A DNA stretch of 64,000 bases from the human T2T-CHM13v2.0 reference genome, Homo sapiens. Made by a program: the position numbers and the translations under genes. The notes beneath the pieces were generated by a model. That model saw only the letters and a list, made by a program, of their open reading frames with translations. It did no database searches and was not told the origin of the DNA. Positions 1 through 13,075 of the stretch are shown here, piece after piece; positions within the stretch are counted from its first letter, which is position 1, and each line of letters begins with the position of its first letter. The stretch is taken from assembly GCF_009914755.1 (NCBI RefSeq), contig NC_060930.1; one strand, 5' to 3'.

Positions 1-729
1 AATGATGCAATAGATTTTTGTAACAACCCTCGGAAGTAATTAGAGCAGAAAGGTGATGAAGCTGGGACTAATACTGCAAAGCACATCTGCACCAGTATGC
101 GCCACTGCCTTTCTGCAGGATTTGTAGAGATAGGAGAAGCTAAAGCTCACTTTGGAAACCCTGAGTAAACAGGAGAGAGACATAAGGTTAGGGTCAGATT
201 TTAGGTGAGGTTGAATTTCTGCGTAAGAATTTAGGTTACATTCTGGAACACAGAAGTCTCCAATTACGAGCTCAAGACTTCCTGAAATGCCTTGAATTCT
301 GATTATTGATGTTTAATCTTACTGCTCCTGTTCTGTGCCCACTCCTCCTCTAAGGTCCCCCTTTCCCCAGCAGGAATTCTGGGGCTTTGACTATCACAGA
401 GTAATTGATATGACTCTTCCAAGAGCTTTTAGTGATGCTGGAAAAAGGAAATCCATGCATTTCATATAAAGGCGAGGATTCTGGGGCCACTGTATCATTA
501 ATTGATAGGATGTGTTCTGCAAGTTGTGCTTTGGAAACTTTGTCACCAGAGGTGAAATTCCACAGAAGGCATAGAAATCTAGAAAGGTGTAAGATGAGTG
601 TCTGTACATTCCTTCCTGTAGAGCCCTAATCACTCTGCTCTGAGCATGAAGTGCACCAAGGGGGGACAAGTCTCTGCTTACCACCCAACTGTGTGTTCAC
701 CACCCCACTTTGTGTTCATGTAGAAGGGA

Positions 730-1290
730 GTTACTCAGGATTCATTTGCTTGCATGTGTGAATATTTAACTAGGTAAAGCAAAAAAGGACTTACTGGCTC
801 ATTGGACCAGAAAGTCCAAAGGTGGTCCTTGCTTCAATCATGGCTGGAACTCAGAGACTTACACAACTTTGTCGAGGTTCTTTCTCTCTCTCCCCATTTC
901 TCAGTCCCACTTCTCTCTGGGTCAGCTGTATTCTGAGGCACTCTTTCTGGATATGGAGAAAGATGACTGTGGGTATTTCTAAACCTACATTCCTGGGCTT
1001 TTCATCTATGAGAAAAAGAGGTCCTTTCTCTTCCAGGTCCCATTTTTATAAATCTCCTTGAAGGGCTCTGATTGGCCCTGCTCAGTGGTAATTGAATTGG
1101 TCTCTGTGTCTAGCAGAGAGTGCTACTCTGATTGTATTGGACTAAATCATGTGCCCAACCCTGTGTATATGTGGTTCTGGTGCTGGGATGAGGAGGAGGA
1201 GGCTGGTAGGGCACTATGATAGGCAGTTCTGTCAAGATTACATAGAGTTGTGGTTCTCCCAAGAAAATAATGCTGCCAATCAAAAACAAT
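730..1290 (-). mobile_element. Old MaLR LTR (MLT1J/K/L-like)
   Basis: Characteristic blocks aagcaaaaaaggacttactggctca...gaaagtcca, ctctgattggccc and tactctgattg...catgtgcccaaccc. Confidence 0.7.
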
Positions 1291-2134
1291 AGTCTATTAT
1301 TGGGAATAATTCCTTCCTTTTTTGGGACAGCCCTCTGCACAATGATCTGGAGTTTGCACATGGAAGCAACTCAGGTGCCCAAGACAATGCGTATCCCAAA
1401 AGTGGGACCTTTCTCCCAAGCAAGGTATAGCCCAGTGATGAAATAATGCCCTCATGTTTAAACTTTATTAAAAGGAGGATTGTTTCCAGAATGGGAAACA
1501 CCCATTCTGGAATGAATGGGAAGCCACCATTTATTCATATCTATGTACTTCTAGCAAATATCCCTGTGCCTTATTTCCAGCCCAGAGATTTTGTTTCCAA
1601 AAGCCCTGCCCATCTAGTGATGATGAGATTGGATACCCCCTACTTTGGCCATTGTAGAGCCAGTGAAAGTTTGAACAGGGAGCTGAAGTGATTAACACAG
1701 AACTATTGTTTATGCAAATACATTGGGTTGTTGGAAATGCACAGAGGGGAGTGGCAGGCACAGATTAGGATTTTCATTTAGGAGGCATAAGATGATAGGT
1801 TTCCAATTAGAGTAATGGCAGCAAGAATTTGTGAGCAATATTATGAAGTTCTTATGAGGTTATATGTCAGGATGAAGGAGCATCTTTGTTGACAGAAGCA
1901 TTTGTGGAATGAAATAGGCCAGGAGGGAGTAGACTAGGAAGACATCCTGGGCCAGTAGGTGAAATGGCTATGCGTGGTAGATAGGTTAATAGCAAATAGA
2001 TTGTGTAGACAGGAGGCCTGTGGTCACCATGAGTCCTAGGGGCATGTATAGAACTGACATTTACCAAGGATCTACTTAGTATGGTAGGTTCATGTTGCAT
2101 ACTTTAAAGTTATTATATTAATGTTTATATAAAG

Positions 2135-2250
2135 TCAGGGAGGTAAATAACTTACTGAAGGTTATGAGGCCATTAAGCAGTACAGCTGGAATTCAAACCC
2201 TGGCAGTCGGACATCAAAGCCTTGCTTTAACCACTATGCAAAACTACCTC
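2135..2250 (-). mobile_element. MIR SINE
   Basis: gaggtaaataacttactgaaggtta...ggaattcaaaccc...ttaaccactatgc, the reverse MIR core. Confidence 0.75.
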
Positions 2251-2709
2251 TCAACCTCAAAGTCAAATTCACTGTATCAGGCCAAACTGAAGGACCAGCT
2301 AAAGGTTGGCCCTTCTGATAGGAAATGAGAGTGCCAGAATTCCAGGTCAAATAGAAGGCACAGAACAGAGGTTATTAGGGTGAAAGTGGATAACATTCAT
2401 GCTCAGAGCCAACCTGGACAAGAATGTCAAGGTAAGACATTCTTGGAAAGGAAAGAATATCACATGCATCCATTCTGGATTTAGGGTTTGGGGTATAGCA
2501 AGGAAAGGGGATGGGAAAATTATCAGGCAGTTGAACAGATGGGCAGATCAATAGAACAACTGGAGTTTGATTGTTGACCTGAGAACAGGAACTCTACCAT
2601 CTGCCATGGCTTTAAATATCCTTCCTGGTGTAAGTTGATAAGAATATGGAATGGGCAGCTCCTCAGAGGGAGACAGGATTTTATTAGTTGTCAGGCACTA
2701 TCAGGGAAG

Positions 2710-2930
2710 GAGCTAACGTTTGTAAGGCCATGCGCCTTAGATACGTAAGCTCACTAAATCTTCATTATAATTCCAGAAGGGTAAATATTATGCCTCCCCA
2801 CCATCGCCACTTTTCTTGAGCCAGGAAATGGAGGCTCAGAAGGTTAAGTGACTTGCCCGAGCTCCTGGAGCCAGACTGGAAAGTGAAAGAGCTGGCATGG
2901 AACCCAGATCTGTTGGAATCCAGACCTCTT
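2710..2930 (-). mobile_element. MIR SINE
   Basis: gaaatggaggctcagaaggttaagtgacttgcccga...ggaacccagatctg. Confidence 0.75.
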
Positions 2931-2979
2931 CCTGGATCTTCAGGGAGTCATCCTGGTGCTAGCAGGACAAGGTCAATAT

Positions 2980-3125
2980 CAAGTCTGAGAGATGGAAATG
3001 GGGAAATCAGGAGGGGCATATGGTTGTGAAGGAAGACAGTAAGCTAACTTTTAGACATCTGAGTGTGAGATAAGAGCAGACCGTCTGAAGAGAATTGTCC
3101 AGCAGGATTATATCTGGCTTTGGCA
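2980..3125 (-). mobile_element. L2 fragment
   Basis: tttagacatctgagtgtgagat...gaattgtccagcagg resembles reverse L2. Confidence 0.5.
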
Positions 3126-4049
3126 GAAAACTTAATAATCTAGTAGGTTTTTTCCCCTCAGTACAGGATCTCTATCATTATGCAGGGTAGATACGTCAGC
3201 AAGTCAGATGTTTGGAAGGCTTAATTTAAGTCACTGATTTCAGTTCAAGAGAAGGGACCTCTGCCAGCTGCCATGGCCTGAATTTACCTTTATACATACA
3301 GATACTCTGCCCTGAAATGTGAAAAAATGAGAAGTAGATACATATAGAGAGGGAGAGAGGACACTCGCTAGCACATGCTGAATGTAGCAGGTTCATGAAA
3401 CACTCTAGTTACAAAGGTGTGTACTTGAGGATGCTCTAAATAAAATGAGTTACTAATAGAATGTGAGTGACATCATATCGTTCCCCAACAAATACAAGGC
3501 CAAATTTGTATCTGCTTAGGTGTGTGACTGGATGTGTGCGCAATTGACTGTGTATGTATGTACAACAAGAGGAAGGGGAATGAGAAGGTGTATAAAAATA
3601 GAAGTATTTATGAGAACCTTGTAGCCTATTCGGAGAGGTAAAACAACCATGTGTAAAACTTTTAGAACAACTCAATAGAATAATATGTAAACAAATGGTT
3701 ACAATGCTTTGAAATAAAGCTGGTAGAGATATGCAAAGAATATTAGAGGCCTGTGACACAAAAGCAATGGTGAATAGGAGTAGGCTCTTTCTTGTAAATA
3801 GTGAGCTAATCACAGAGGTGCTGATAGATTAGCAACTGCTGGGGAGAAAAAAAAGTATTTTCCTTTTGAGAATCAACATCTTTGGGCTTAAATGCAGGAT
3901 GAATCCAAAGAATCTCAGTACTGTCTCTAAGCTGAGGTTGGCATAGGAGAGACACAAATTTTGTTTCCCTTGGCAAAGTAAGTCAGATCGGCTTAGTGAA
4001 CATACATGTGCAAGTATTTGCAATAAAATGGAGTTAGCATTTCTGAAGA

Positions 4050-4680
4050 GATGTTGTTAGATTTTCTAATCATAAAGGCGATACACACTCCCAATAAAAA
4101 CCTTAGAAAAATACATTAAGTATAAAAAGTCAGGGAGAAAATTTGCCTGTAATCCTATGACCCAAAGGCACTCATAACATTTTGGCATTTTCTTTCTCCT
4201 TATTTTTAATGATTTTTTCCATAATGCTTAATAGTGTATTACAACCTACTCTGTTTGCTTAATCTTATGTCTTAATATTTTCCAACTTCTAGACAAGCTT
4301 TATTAATGTCAGTATAATATTGGATTATGTGGACATATCATAATTTATTAACTATTCCCTTAAAATTGAACTTTTAGGCCATTTCCAAATATTTGATATT
4401 ATAAATGGCACTTTGATGAATCTTTCTTCAAATTTCAGAATCTGTTTTTTGTGCATAAGGGTTATAAATGCATTTATATTCCATTTTATATATGTTTATC
4501 AGATTACTTCTTTTAAAAAGATTCGTGGAACGATAATTCCTGGGTCAAAGGGTATGAAAATTTCAGGCTCTTGATACTTAATGCCAAACTGATTTTCAAA
4601 TAACTGAAGTTATGACTGACAGTGCATGGAACTACCCTTCACATGCTCTCACTAGGTGATTGTTTTTATTTTTAAATTTA
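4050..4680 (-). mobile_element. Old L1 (L1ME-like) 3' region
   Basis: atatcataatttattaactattccct...ttaggccatttccaa...attcctgggtcaaagggtatg...tgccaaactg. Confidence 0.6.
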
Positions 4681-5024
4681 AAAAAGCCACCATTTTGAAA
4701 AAAAGAATAGTTTATGCTAACTGCTGATTTTGTTCCTTTGTTACCCAAATCTCCCTTTTAGAATGTAGACTATGTAAGATATTGTGATTCATTTCACTTT
4801 TAAAAATTTACTTATGTTTCTGAACATGCAGATAGGGGCCCATGATAGAAAAAAGTAGCTTGTGAATGATTTTTTGAAAGCCAGTGTTATACATATCCTG
4901 TTTGGGGACTCTTCAGACTCTGCTGTGGAACAGCCCGTGAGAGAAGTTGATTGATGTAGGATGAGAGCCCCTTTTTGCAGAGCTAAACCCCTGACAGCCC
5001 CGCCTCTGTAGCCTTGGATATTAG

Positions 5025-5507
<483 letters not shown>

Positions 5508-6199
5508 TGAAAATGCTTGAGATTTTTCCCCTAGAAAACTTCTATAATGTTAGTCACTGATTGCCCAGAAACAAACTTCCTGAATTTTGAAACTTCTGGT
5601 TTTACTCTCTTTTCCAAAGAAAATTCAACCACATCACAGTACCTAGTTTTATGGCAATGAACTTTGACTTATTCCAGAAGAGGAATTTGGATCTTACACA
5701 TACCTCTGCAGGGTATTTTATTGTCTAAAAACACTTACTGAGAGTAAAGGGAACTATTAAACTTACAGTAGCAGTCAATTTGAGGTGGTTTTTGAGTGCC
5801 AATTTCAATTTTTCCACAACTATTATATTCCTACAAAAATAATTTACAACTAAAATAAAAAATGTTTTGGTTTTCTTCTAAAAGTTGAAGGATATTATTC
5901 TATTGTAATAACTCTATTCTCCTTTATGGATCTCAGTCAGTAATTTTGAACAAAATTATTTTCGTTCATTTGTTCAACAAATGATTATTTAGAGAGATTC
6001 ATTCAGCAGGTGCTGTTAAATTATATTATGACTCATTTTGTCAAATATGAGACAGATCTTCTTACACAACAATAACGCAGAACACTGTGTAGGAATTTAT
6101 GCCTATACATTTATTTACTTACTTATAAGACACATAAAATCTCTTATAACATGCGTTAAAAAGTAAACTTGGCTCAGGAGAAGGTTTATTAATTAATAA

Positions 6200-6580
6200 A
6201 GGATTCATTAAATATTTGTGCTGCCAGCTGGGGATCCAGTAATGACCAAAACAAAAAGTTATGGAGGAGCTTACATTGTAAATGGAGGACACAAACAGGA
6301 AACATATAAATGAGCAAGGCAATTTCAGGCATTCAAAAAGTGCTGTAAGGGAAGTCAAGAAATCTGATGTCATAGAGAGTGCATGCGCTCATTTAGATCA
6401 GATGGTCAAGGAAGACCTCTCTGCATTTGAGGCATTTAAGCTACAACCTGCGAGAGAATGAGGAGCCAGCCTCACATATTTGGGGAGGGGGCATTGGAGT
6501 AGGTTTTATACTCAGTGCACTGGAAAGCCATTAGAAGGTTGCTCTTTTGGAGCATGATGTTTGAGGTCATTTATTAAAAA
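6200..6580 (-). mobile_element. L2
   Basis: attcattaaatatttg...ggagcttacatt...ggtcaaggaagacctctctg...ggaaagccattagaaggtt. Confidence 0.7.
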
Positions 6581-7006
6581 TGAGTGTTGAGATGAAGAGT
6601 GCAAAGTATTACCTCACTGTAATGATGATATTGGTATTGGGAGCAAAAACAATGCTCACATTAGAGACTATATGTAGTTATGGTCAAGATATGTCATATA
6701 TCACTATATGGCTGAAGACATTTCATATACAGTATGTCTCCCTACAAAGGGGTTTTAATATAAATATAACGTAAATATATTTAATAAATTTATAAATATA
6801 ACTAAATATAAATAGCAATTTCAAAAGAATATATAGAGCTTAGTAAGTCCACCACAGAGTTTTTGTTATGTGAACTTGTATTCTTTAACTGAGCCTAGCA
6901 TATTGACTTGTACATTATATACATTTGATAAATGTTGCGGAATTAACCATGTGGAATATTCTACTTGTAAGAAAAAAAATTAACCTCGGATATAAAATCA
7001 CATTAA

Positions 7007-7366
<360 letters not shown>

Positions 7367-8459
7367 AAAATCACACAAAACAGTATTTTTATGAAAATAC
7401 TAAGCCTTTTCTTTGAAAAGGAAAGAGATAATATGTTCCTTATACTCTAAGTATTAACAGTAATTTTAAATTGTATTCAAAATGCTAAAATTGAAATATT
7501 GAAAAATAAAAAATACACAAGTATAATCATCGTCTTCCTCACATACATTTTTTTTTCTCCCTGGTTAAGTAGGAATCTCTGGAAAGTCCACATTTTAGAT
7601 AAAGATTTTATTAATATCACTTGGTCTTATCACACTTTACTTGACTTGTGGAAATTCCTTATTTATTTTGTGAGTCTCCCAACTCTCAAACTAACCTCTA
7701 TTCAGAACTTTTCATGCATAATTGAATATAAGACAATAATAACACAAAATTAATGATGCTTGTTAATGAATATTTAGCTCAGTGTCTTCTGGGAGATCTA
7801 TTCAAATATACTTATTAAGTCATCAGACATTTATTGACACATACTGAGTGCTGGCCATTGTGTTCCATGCTAAGAGCATAACAAGCTTTTCTCAAGAAAC
7901 TCAGGCTAGAGAGCCATTGGGTAATACTTTAAGTACTTAGAGCAAGGGAAAGAGTTTTGCAATAAGATGATATATGGGACTCCCTGAGTCTACGTTGGGG
8001 TGGCAGTAATGAGGAGTGAAATTGTGAATTAATTCAGTAATTCCTTAAATCTGGTATTTGGTTAAGTGATTTGAAAAGACAGGTTACAAAAAAGAAGTCA
8101 AAGTTAAAAAGGCAGCACATGCCATCCATCTCCAGGTAACAAGGCCACCTGCATCCCAATTCTTATTTCTAGAGATACCATCCTAGGGATTCCCTGTTCT
8201 CCTGCCCCAACTGCCAGAATCTCATCTGTTTATTTGGCAGGAGACCCATCTAGCTGCAGGCCTCTGGGACTCATCCCTACCTAGAACCCCATGAACCCAG
8301 CCCTCCCTTCTTTATCCTCCTGCATGTGGGGCTGCATATTGACTCATTGACTTCAGAGTACAGTGACCTAAGCTGCTCCTCCAAGTCCTCCTGCAGTTTT
8401 GGATTGAAGAGGCCTCAATCCTGCTGCTTTCATTTCCAGTAGAGCCTCACTCATTTATA

Positions 8460-8978
8460 CTTTTATTTATTCATTCAATAAACATTTTCTGAGTACTTAC
8501 CATGTACTATTTTAGGCACTGGAAATATAATCTGAAACAAAACAAAGTTCCTGTCTTTATGAGCCTTATATTCCAGCTGGGGAAGACAGACAATACATGT
8601 ATAATTTGTTGTGACAAATAAGAAGAAGAAAAATAAAGCAGAGCCCAGGGACTAAGAGCAGTTAGGATGGATGTAGAGTAGCATGGCCAAGGAAGCCCTC
8701 TCTGATAAGGTCTGACATTTGAGCAGAGACCTGAATGATGCCAGGGAAGAAATCATTAGTATATCCTGTGAAGGAGTGTGCCGCAGGAGGAATAGAAAGT
8801 GCAAAGGCCATAAGGAGTCAGTGTGTGGGGTGGGAGTTGGCTTGGACTGTGTGAGTAGCATTAGCATAGAGGCCAGTGTGATTAGAACAAAGCAGGGGCT
8901 CACAGAGGGTGTTGGCGTCACAAGGAAACTTTGGACTTTACTCTGAGTTGTATGGGAAGTATCTGCTAGGAGGCTAAC
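8460..8978 (-). mobile_element. L2 (L2a-like) 3' part
   Basis: ttcattcaataaacattttctgagtacttaccatg...ggaagccctctctgataagg...acatttgagcagagacctgaatga. Confidence 0.8.
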
Positions 8979-9219
8979 CTTTATCAATATCACTTTCATG
9001 TGACCACATGATTTCTAAGAATATTGAATTAGAGTTCAGGCACATAAGTGGGGGTTTTATTGGGCCTAACCCTTACTTTTATTGCTAGTCTCAGAAGGAA
9101 ATATGCAGTGATTAAAATCCCAGGTGTCTGTGTCAGTTATAGGCCTGCCTGATAGGGCCTGAACTCAAATTCAATGTTCTTAGAAATCATGTGGTCATGT
9201 GAAAGTGATATTGATAAAG
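8979..9219. repeat. 63-bp inverted repeat (arms 8979-9041 and 9157-9219, 115-bp spacer)
   Basis: Arms are reverse complements at 59/63 positions by manual alignment. Confidence 0.95.
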
Positions 9220-9224
9220 ATCTT

Positions 9225-9522
9225 GGCCGGGCATGGTGGCTCACACCTCTAATCCCAGTACTTTGGGAGGCTGAGGTGGGCTGATCACGAGGTCAGGAGA
9301 TCGAGACCATCCTGGCTAACATCGTGAAACCCCATCTCTGCTAAAAAATACAAAAAATTAGCCGGGCATGGTGGCTCATGCCTGTAATCCCAGCTACTTG
9401 GGAGGCTGAGGCAGAGAATCACTTGAACCCGAGAGGTGGATGTTGCAGTGAGCCAAGATCGTGCCACTGCACTCCAGCCTGGGTGACAGAGTGAGACTCC
9501 GTCTCAAAAAAAAAAAAAAAAA
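9225..9522 (+). mobile_element. AluS (Sc-like)
   Basis: gatcacgaggtcaggagatcgagaccatcctggctaac; poly-A tail; TSD aaagatctt at 9216-9224 and 9523-9531. Confidence 0.97.
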
Positions 9523-9589
9523 AAAGATCTTGAGTAAGAATAGCCCAGAGAATTCCCAAGCCTAATGAGAGATATTTTACTTTGGATGG

Positions 9590-9971
9590 TGTATTAGTTT
9601 ATTTCATGCTGCTGTAACATGAATATCACAGACAGGGTAATTCAAAAAGAAAGGAAATACATTTATCAAGTTCTGGAGGCTGGATTATTAGAGTGCTGGC
9701 AATATCAGGGTGCTGGCAACTGGTGAAGGCCTTATTGCTGCATTATCTCATGGCAGAAGGACGAGAGCATATGGGGTTGAACTCATTCTTTTTATGAAGA
9801 AACCATTCCTATAATAACTAACCCACTCCTTCCATAATGGCATTACTCCATCCATGAGGGCAGAGGCCTCGTGGCCTAATCACTTCTCAGAGGTTCCACC
9901 TCTCAACACTCTTGAATTGGGGATTAAGTTTTTAACACATGAAGTTTGGAGGACACATTCAAACCATAGGA
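9590..9971 (-). mobile_element. MaLR LTR (MSTC/MSTD-like)
   Basis: tgtattagttt...ctggaggctgg...catgagggcagag...cctaatcac...ggacacattcaaaccatag. Confidence 0.85.
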
Positions 9972-10029
9972 GGTGTGAACAAAATTTTGTTGTTGATTGA
10001 GAACTGTGTGGAGAATTTTTCAGACAACA

Positions 10030-10455
10030 CTGTGTTAAATTGGAAAAAATTACAATTTAGAAAAGGAGAAGAGGAGACTTTCTTTCTCATAAAGGGTTAC
10101 AGCCTGCAGAGTGGCCATTCTGACAGGCTGGGAAGCATAGCCTCCAGCCAGAAGCCAGAAACAGATACTTAAGAGTGAGGGACAAAGGGAACAGGAATTT
10201 ATGCTGAATGTGGTGGCCAAATAAGCATATTCAATAGGCCATAGGAGGAGTCATAAATATTAATGAAGGGAGAAATGTGCACATGCGTGATTGAGCTTCA
10301 TGCCTCTCCATGGGTCCCATCTACAAAAAATGGTGGGGTTAACACGATCTGTGGGTGGACTTTTCCACCCTCCAATGTCAAACGGTGAAGCAGAGGATAC
10401 AAAAACCCTTACTGCGCATTCTGCATAGACTGGCCAGAACCAGTTGGTGTGACTA
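10030..10455 (-). mobile_element. ERV1-class LTR (MER66-like)
   Basis: aaagggttacagcctgcag...caggctgggaagcatagcctcc...caggaatttatgctgaa...ggtgaagcagagga...gactggccagaacca. Confidence 0.65.
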
Positions 10456-10760
10456 GTTAGGGCATGAGTTCAGTATGGGGCACATTAAATTTGAGATGCC
10501 TGTGAGACATCTTAGGGGAAAGAGCACAGATGGGACAGATGGGGCTGGTGCTCAGAAGAGAAATATGGAATGGAAACTTAAATTTAAGGATCATTAGTAT
10601 GTAGTTGATAAATAAAGCTATGGAGAGAATAAAGATTGAGAAAAGAAGGAGGCTTAGGAACAAGCTTTGGGAATTTCTACATTTCAGGGTGGATAGAGAG
10701 CATACCGAGAAGTAGCAGCCCTAGTAGGAGGAGAAAAGCTGGGGTGTGCTACTGCTGATG
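10456..10760 (-). mobile_element. L2
   Basis: tgagttcagtatggggcacattaaatttgagatgcctgtgagacatc. Confidence 0.75.
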
Positions 10761-11622
10761 AAAGCTACGTGATATTAGCAATAAAGCTTTGTTTTGTTTG
10801 CACATGGTCCTTACTGAAGCCCTTTTTGAATATTTGGGTTCAGTTTCTTCAATTTAATCTATAAGTGCATCTCCAATGTAGTATAACCTTCAAATTTTTG
10901 AGTGAAATGGGATTAAAAGTTACTGAAAATCTTTTTTTTGAATTTCATGTCATAGTTGTTGATACTGTCAGAACAGAATAGACATAGTCGTACCTTCACA
11001 ATAAAATAGTGATAGAATAGTGCATCTGAAGGTTAATTTCATGATCATGCTGATGACTAATATAATCTTACTGTCAACTCCATTGCTGCCTTCCAGTTTA
11101 GTAGGTCTTTAAACTTTTTTAAAGCATCTGCAGGCTTACTGCTAAGTGATATATTATTTTTGTTATAGGTGTTTTTAAAGCCACAAATAAAAGTTTAAGC
11201 TATTTGCCAGGACACTATAAGGAAAGTATAAAATTTAAAAAAGAAGTGATTGAATAGCTAGCAGAAGACTCTGAGGGCTACCTTGGCTTTTATTATGAAT
11301 GCATTTTAGCTCATTAAAGTTGACGAGAAAAGACAACTTTTATTGGAGGTTGAATTTAGCCTTTTCATTTGGGAGCTTATCTTGGCCCATTCTGTATGTG
11401 ATGGTGGACCCTGAGGGAACATCACATCCTTGTTCTTATTTTCCTACAGTGAAATACATAGCAGAGAGTCACTGGTAGTACATGAAATGAATATGAAAAA
11501 ATTCAAAATCAGCCTTGTGTGAGCATTGTCTCAAGGTGATTAACTACATTTATTTTATGTTTCTCTAATCTACCAACATAATCTTTTTATTTTTTACAAT
11601 TTTTACACTATTAAAATATTAA

Positions 11623-11782
11623 GGCTGAGTATGATGGCTCATGCCTGTAATCCTAGCACTTTGGGAGGCTGAGGCAGGAGGAATGTTTGAGCCCAGGAAT
11701 TCAAGGCTGCAGAAAGCTGTGATCGTGCCACTGCACTCCAGCCTGGGAAACAGAGTGAGACCCTGTCTCTAAAAAAATAAAA
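11623..11782 (+). mobile_element. Alu monomer (FRAM/AluJ-type)
   Basis: Single arm containing ggctgcag...gatcgtgccactgcactccagcc, with an A-rich tail. Confidence 0.9.
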
Positions 11783-12494
11783 ATTAAGTTTCAGAAGTAA
11801 TTTTTAAAATGAAGTTATCAAAGCACCTAATAATGCTTAATATATCTATAGTACTCTCTTAAGTTATAACTTAGAAGTATAAAGTGAAAACTCTCCTAGA
11901 CTTTGAGTCATCTGGGAGTTAGCACAGTGCCATTCAGAGTCTCCTGTTTAATAAGAAGCCTCCAGTCAGTCCTTTGGCATCTTTCTCTTCTTATTTGAAT
12001 GCTTAGAAGGGGAACTTATCAGTGGTCCTATCTGTCCTGGCATCTGTGTCTGTCAGTTATGGATGACCTTCATCAGCAATGGGTCATAAGAAGCAGTGCT
12101 AGATATTGCTGTCTGTATTTGATGATCCATCCTCTTGCCTGCCCCTAACAAAAAAATATAGTTTTGTTTTTTTTAAATCTGTGCCTTTGGGTGAACCATC
12201 TCTGAAGATGGCCCGTGAGGGAAGTGGCACTGTTTTCCTGATGAGAGAGGATATTTATATTTGTGGAAGTTGACTTCCCCTTGGACACATACATCAGTTG
12301 AGAAGTTGCAGAAAAACAAGTATCAGGCTCGGATTACAGTGCCAGAGACTAATTTTCCTCCCAGTACAACAATCAGAGAATGTCCACCATGTTTCTGTGA
12401 CAACTGCAGAACATTGAGTGCGGGCTCAAAGCTGCCTTGTGCTATGCCATACAGACAGGATGATATTGTACCTGGATGATGGGAGGCTACCTCT

Positions 12495-12515
12495 TTGTTG
12501 TTGTTGTTGTTGTTG
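12495..12515. repeat. (TTG)n microsatellite
   Basis: ttgttgttgttgttgttgttg. Confidence 0.9.
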
Positions 12516-12894
12516 AGATGCACAAATTAAAAGTTTATGGAAAGACCATGTCATTTTAAAATTCAAGTCTAGGAAGCAGAAAGGTTTATTTGGTTTTTAC
12601 CCTTTAGTTCCACAGGTTATCTAGTAGAATTTGAGAAATTGCTGACTGAAGGTTAACATTTGAAAGGATGGTTAACCGACCTGTCTGCAGCTTCTCTGAT
12701 CTGTGGCTTCCTCTTCCGTTCACTCCAGAACACACTGCCATCTGGCTGCCTTGCTGAAGTGGCTCTCCTTCAAAGATAGTTTTAAAGATATATTGTGAAC
12801 CTTTTATGATCTGGGCTACTTATGATTCAGTTGAGATTTTTTTTGGAAAAAAGAATCCCATTGCCAAGGATAATTTGAAAATCACAGGAGGATT

Positions 12895-13075
12895 AGAGCA
12901 TTACTACCTAAGAGCTATGAAACCTTGGGCAAATTACTTCACCTTGCAGAGCTCCAGTTTAGTGTAGGGCAGCATGACCACCTTAGGAGGTTGGTGGGGG
13001 GCAGTATGAAAGGCCATGTAAGTGAAGATCTGGCACAGTGTGTGGCACAAAGTGGACACTGCCCAGTGTTGTTCC
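12895..13075 (+). mobile_element. MIR
   Basis: gctatgaaaccttgggcaaattacttcacct...ggcacagtgtgtggcacaaag. Confidence 0.7.
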
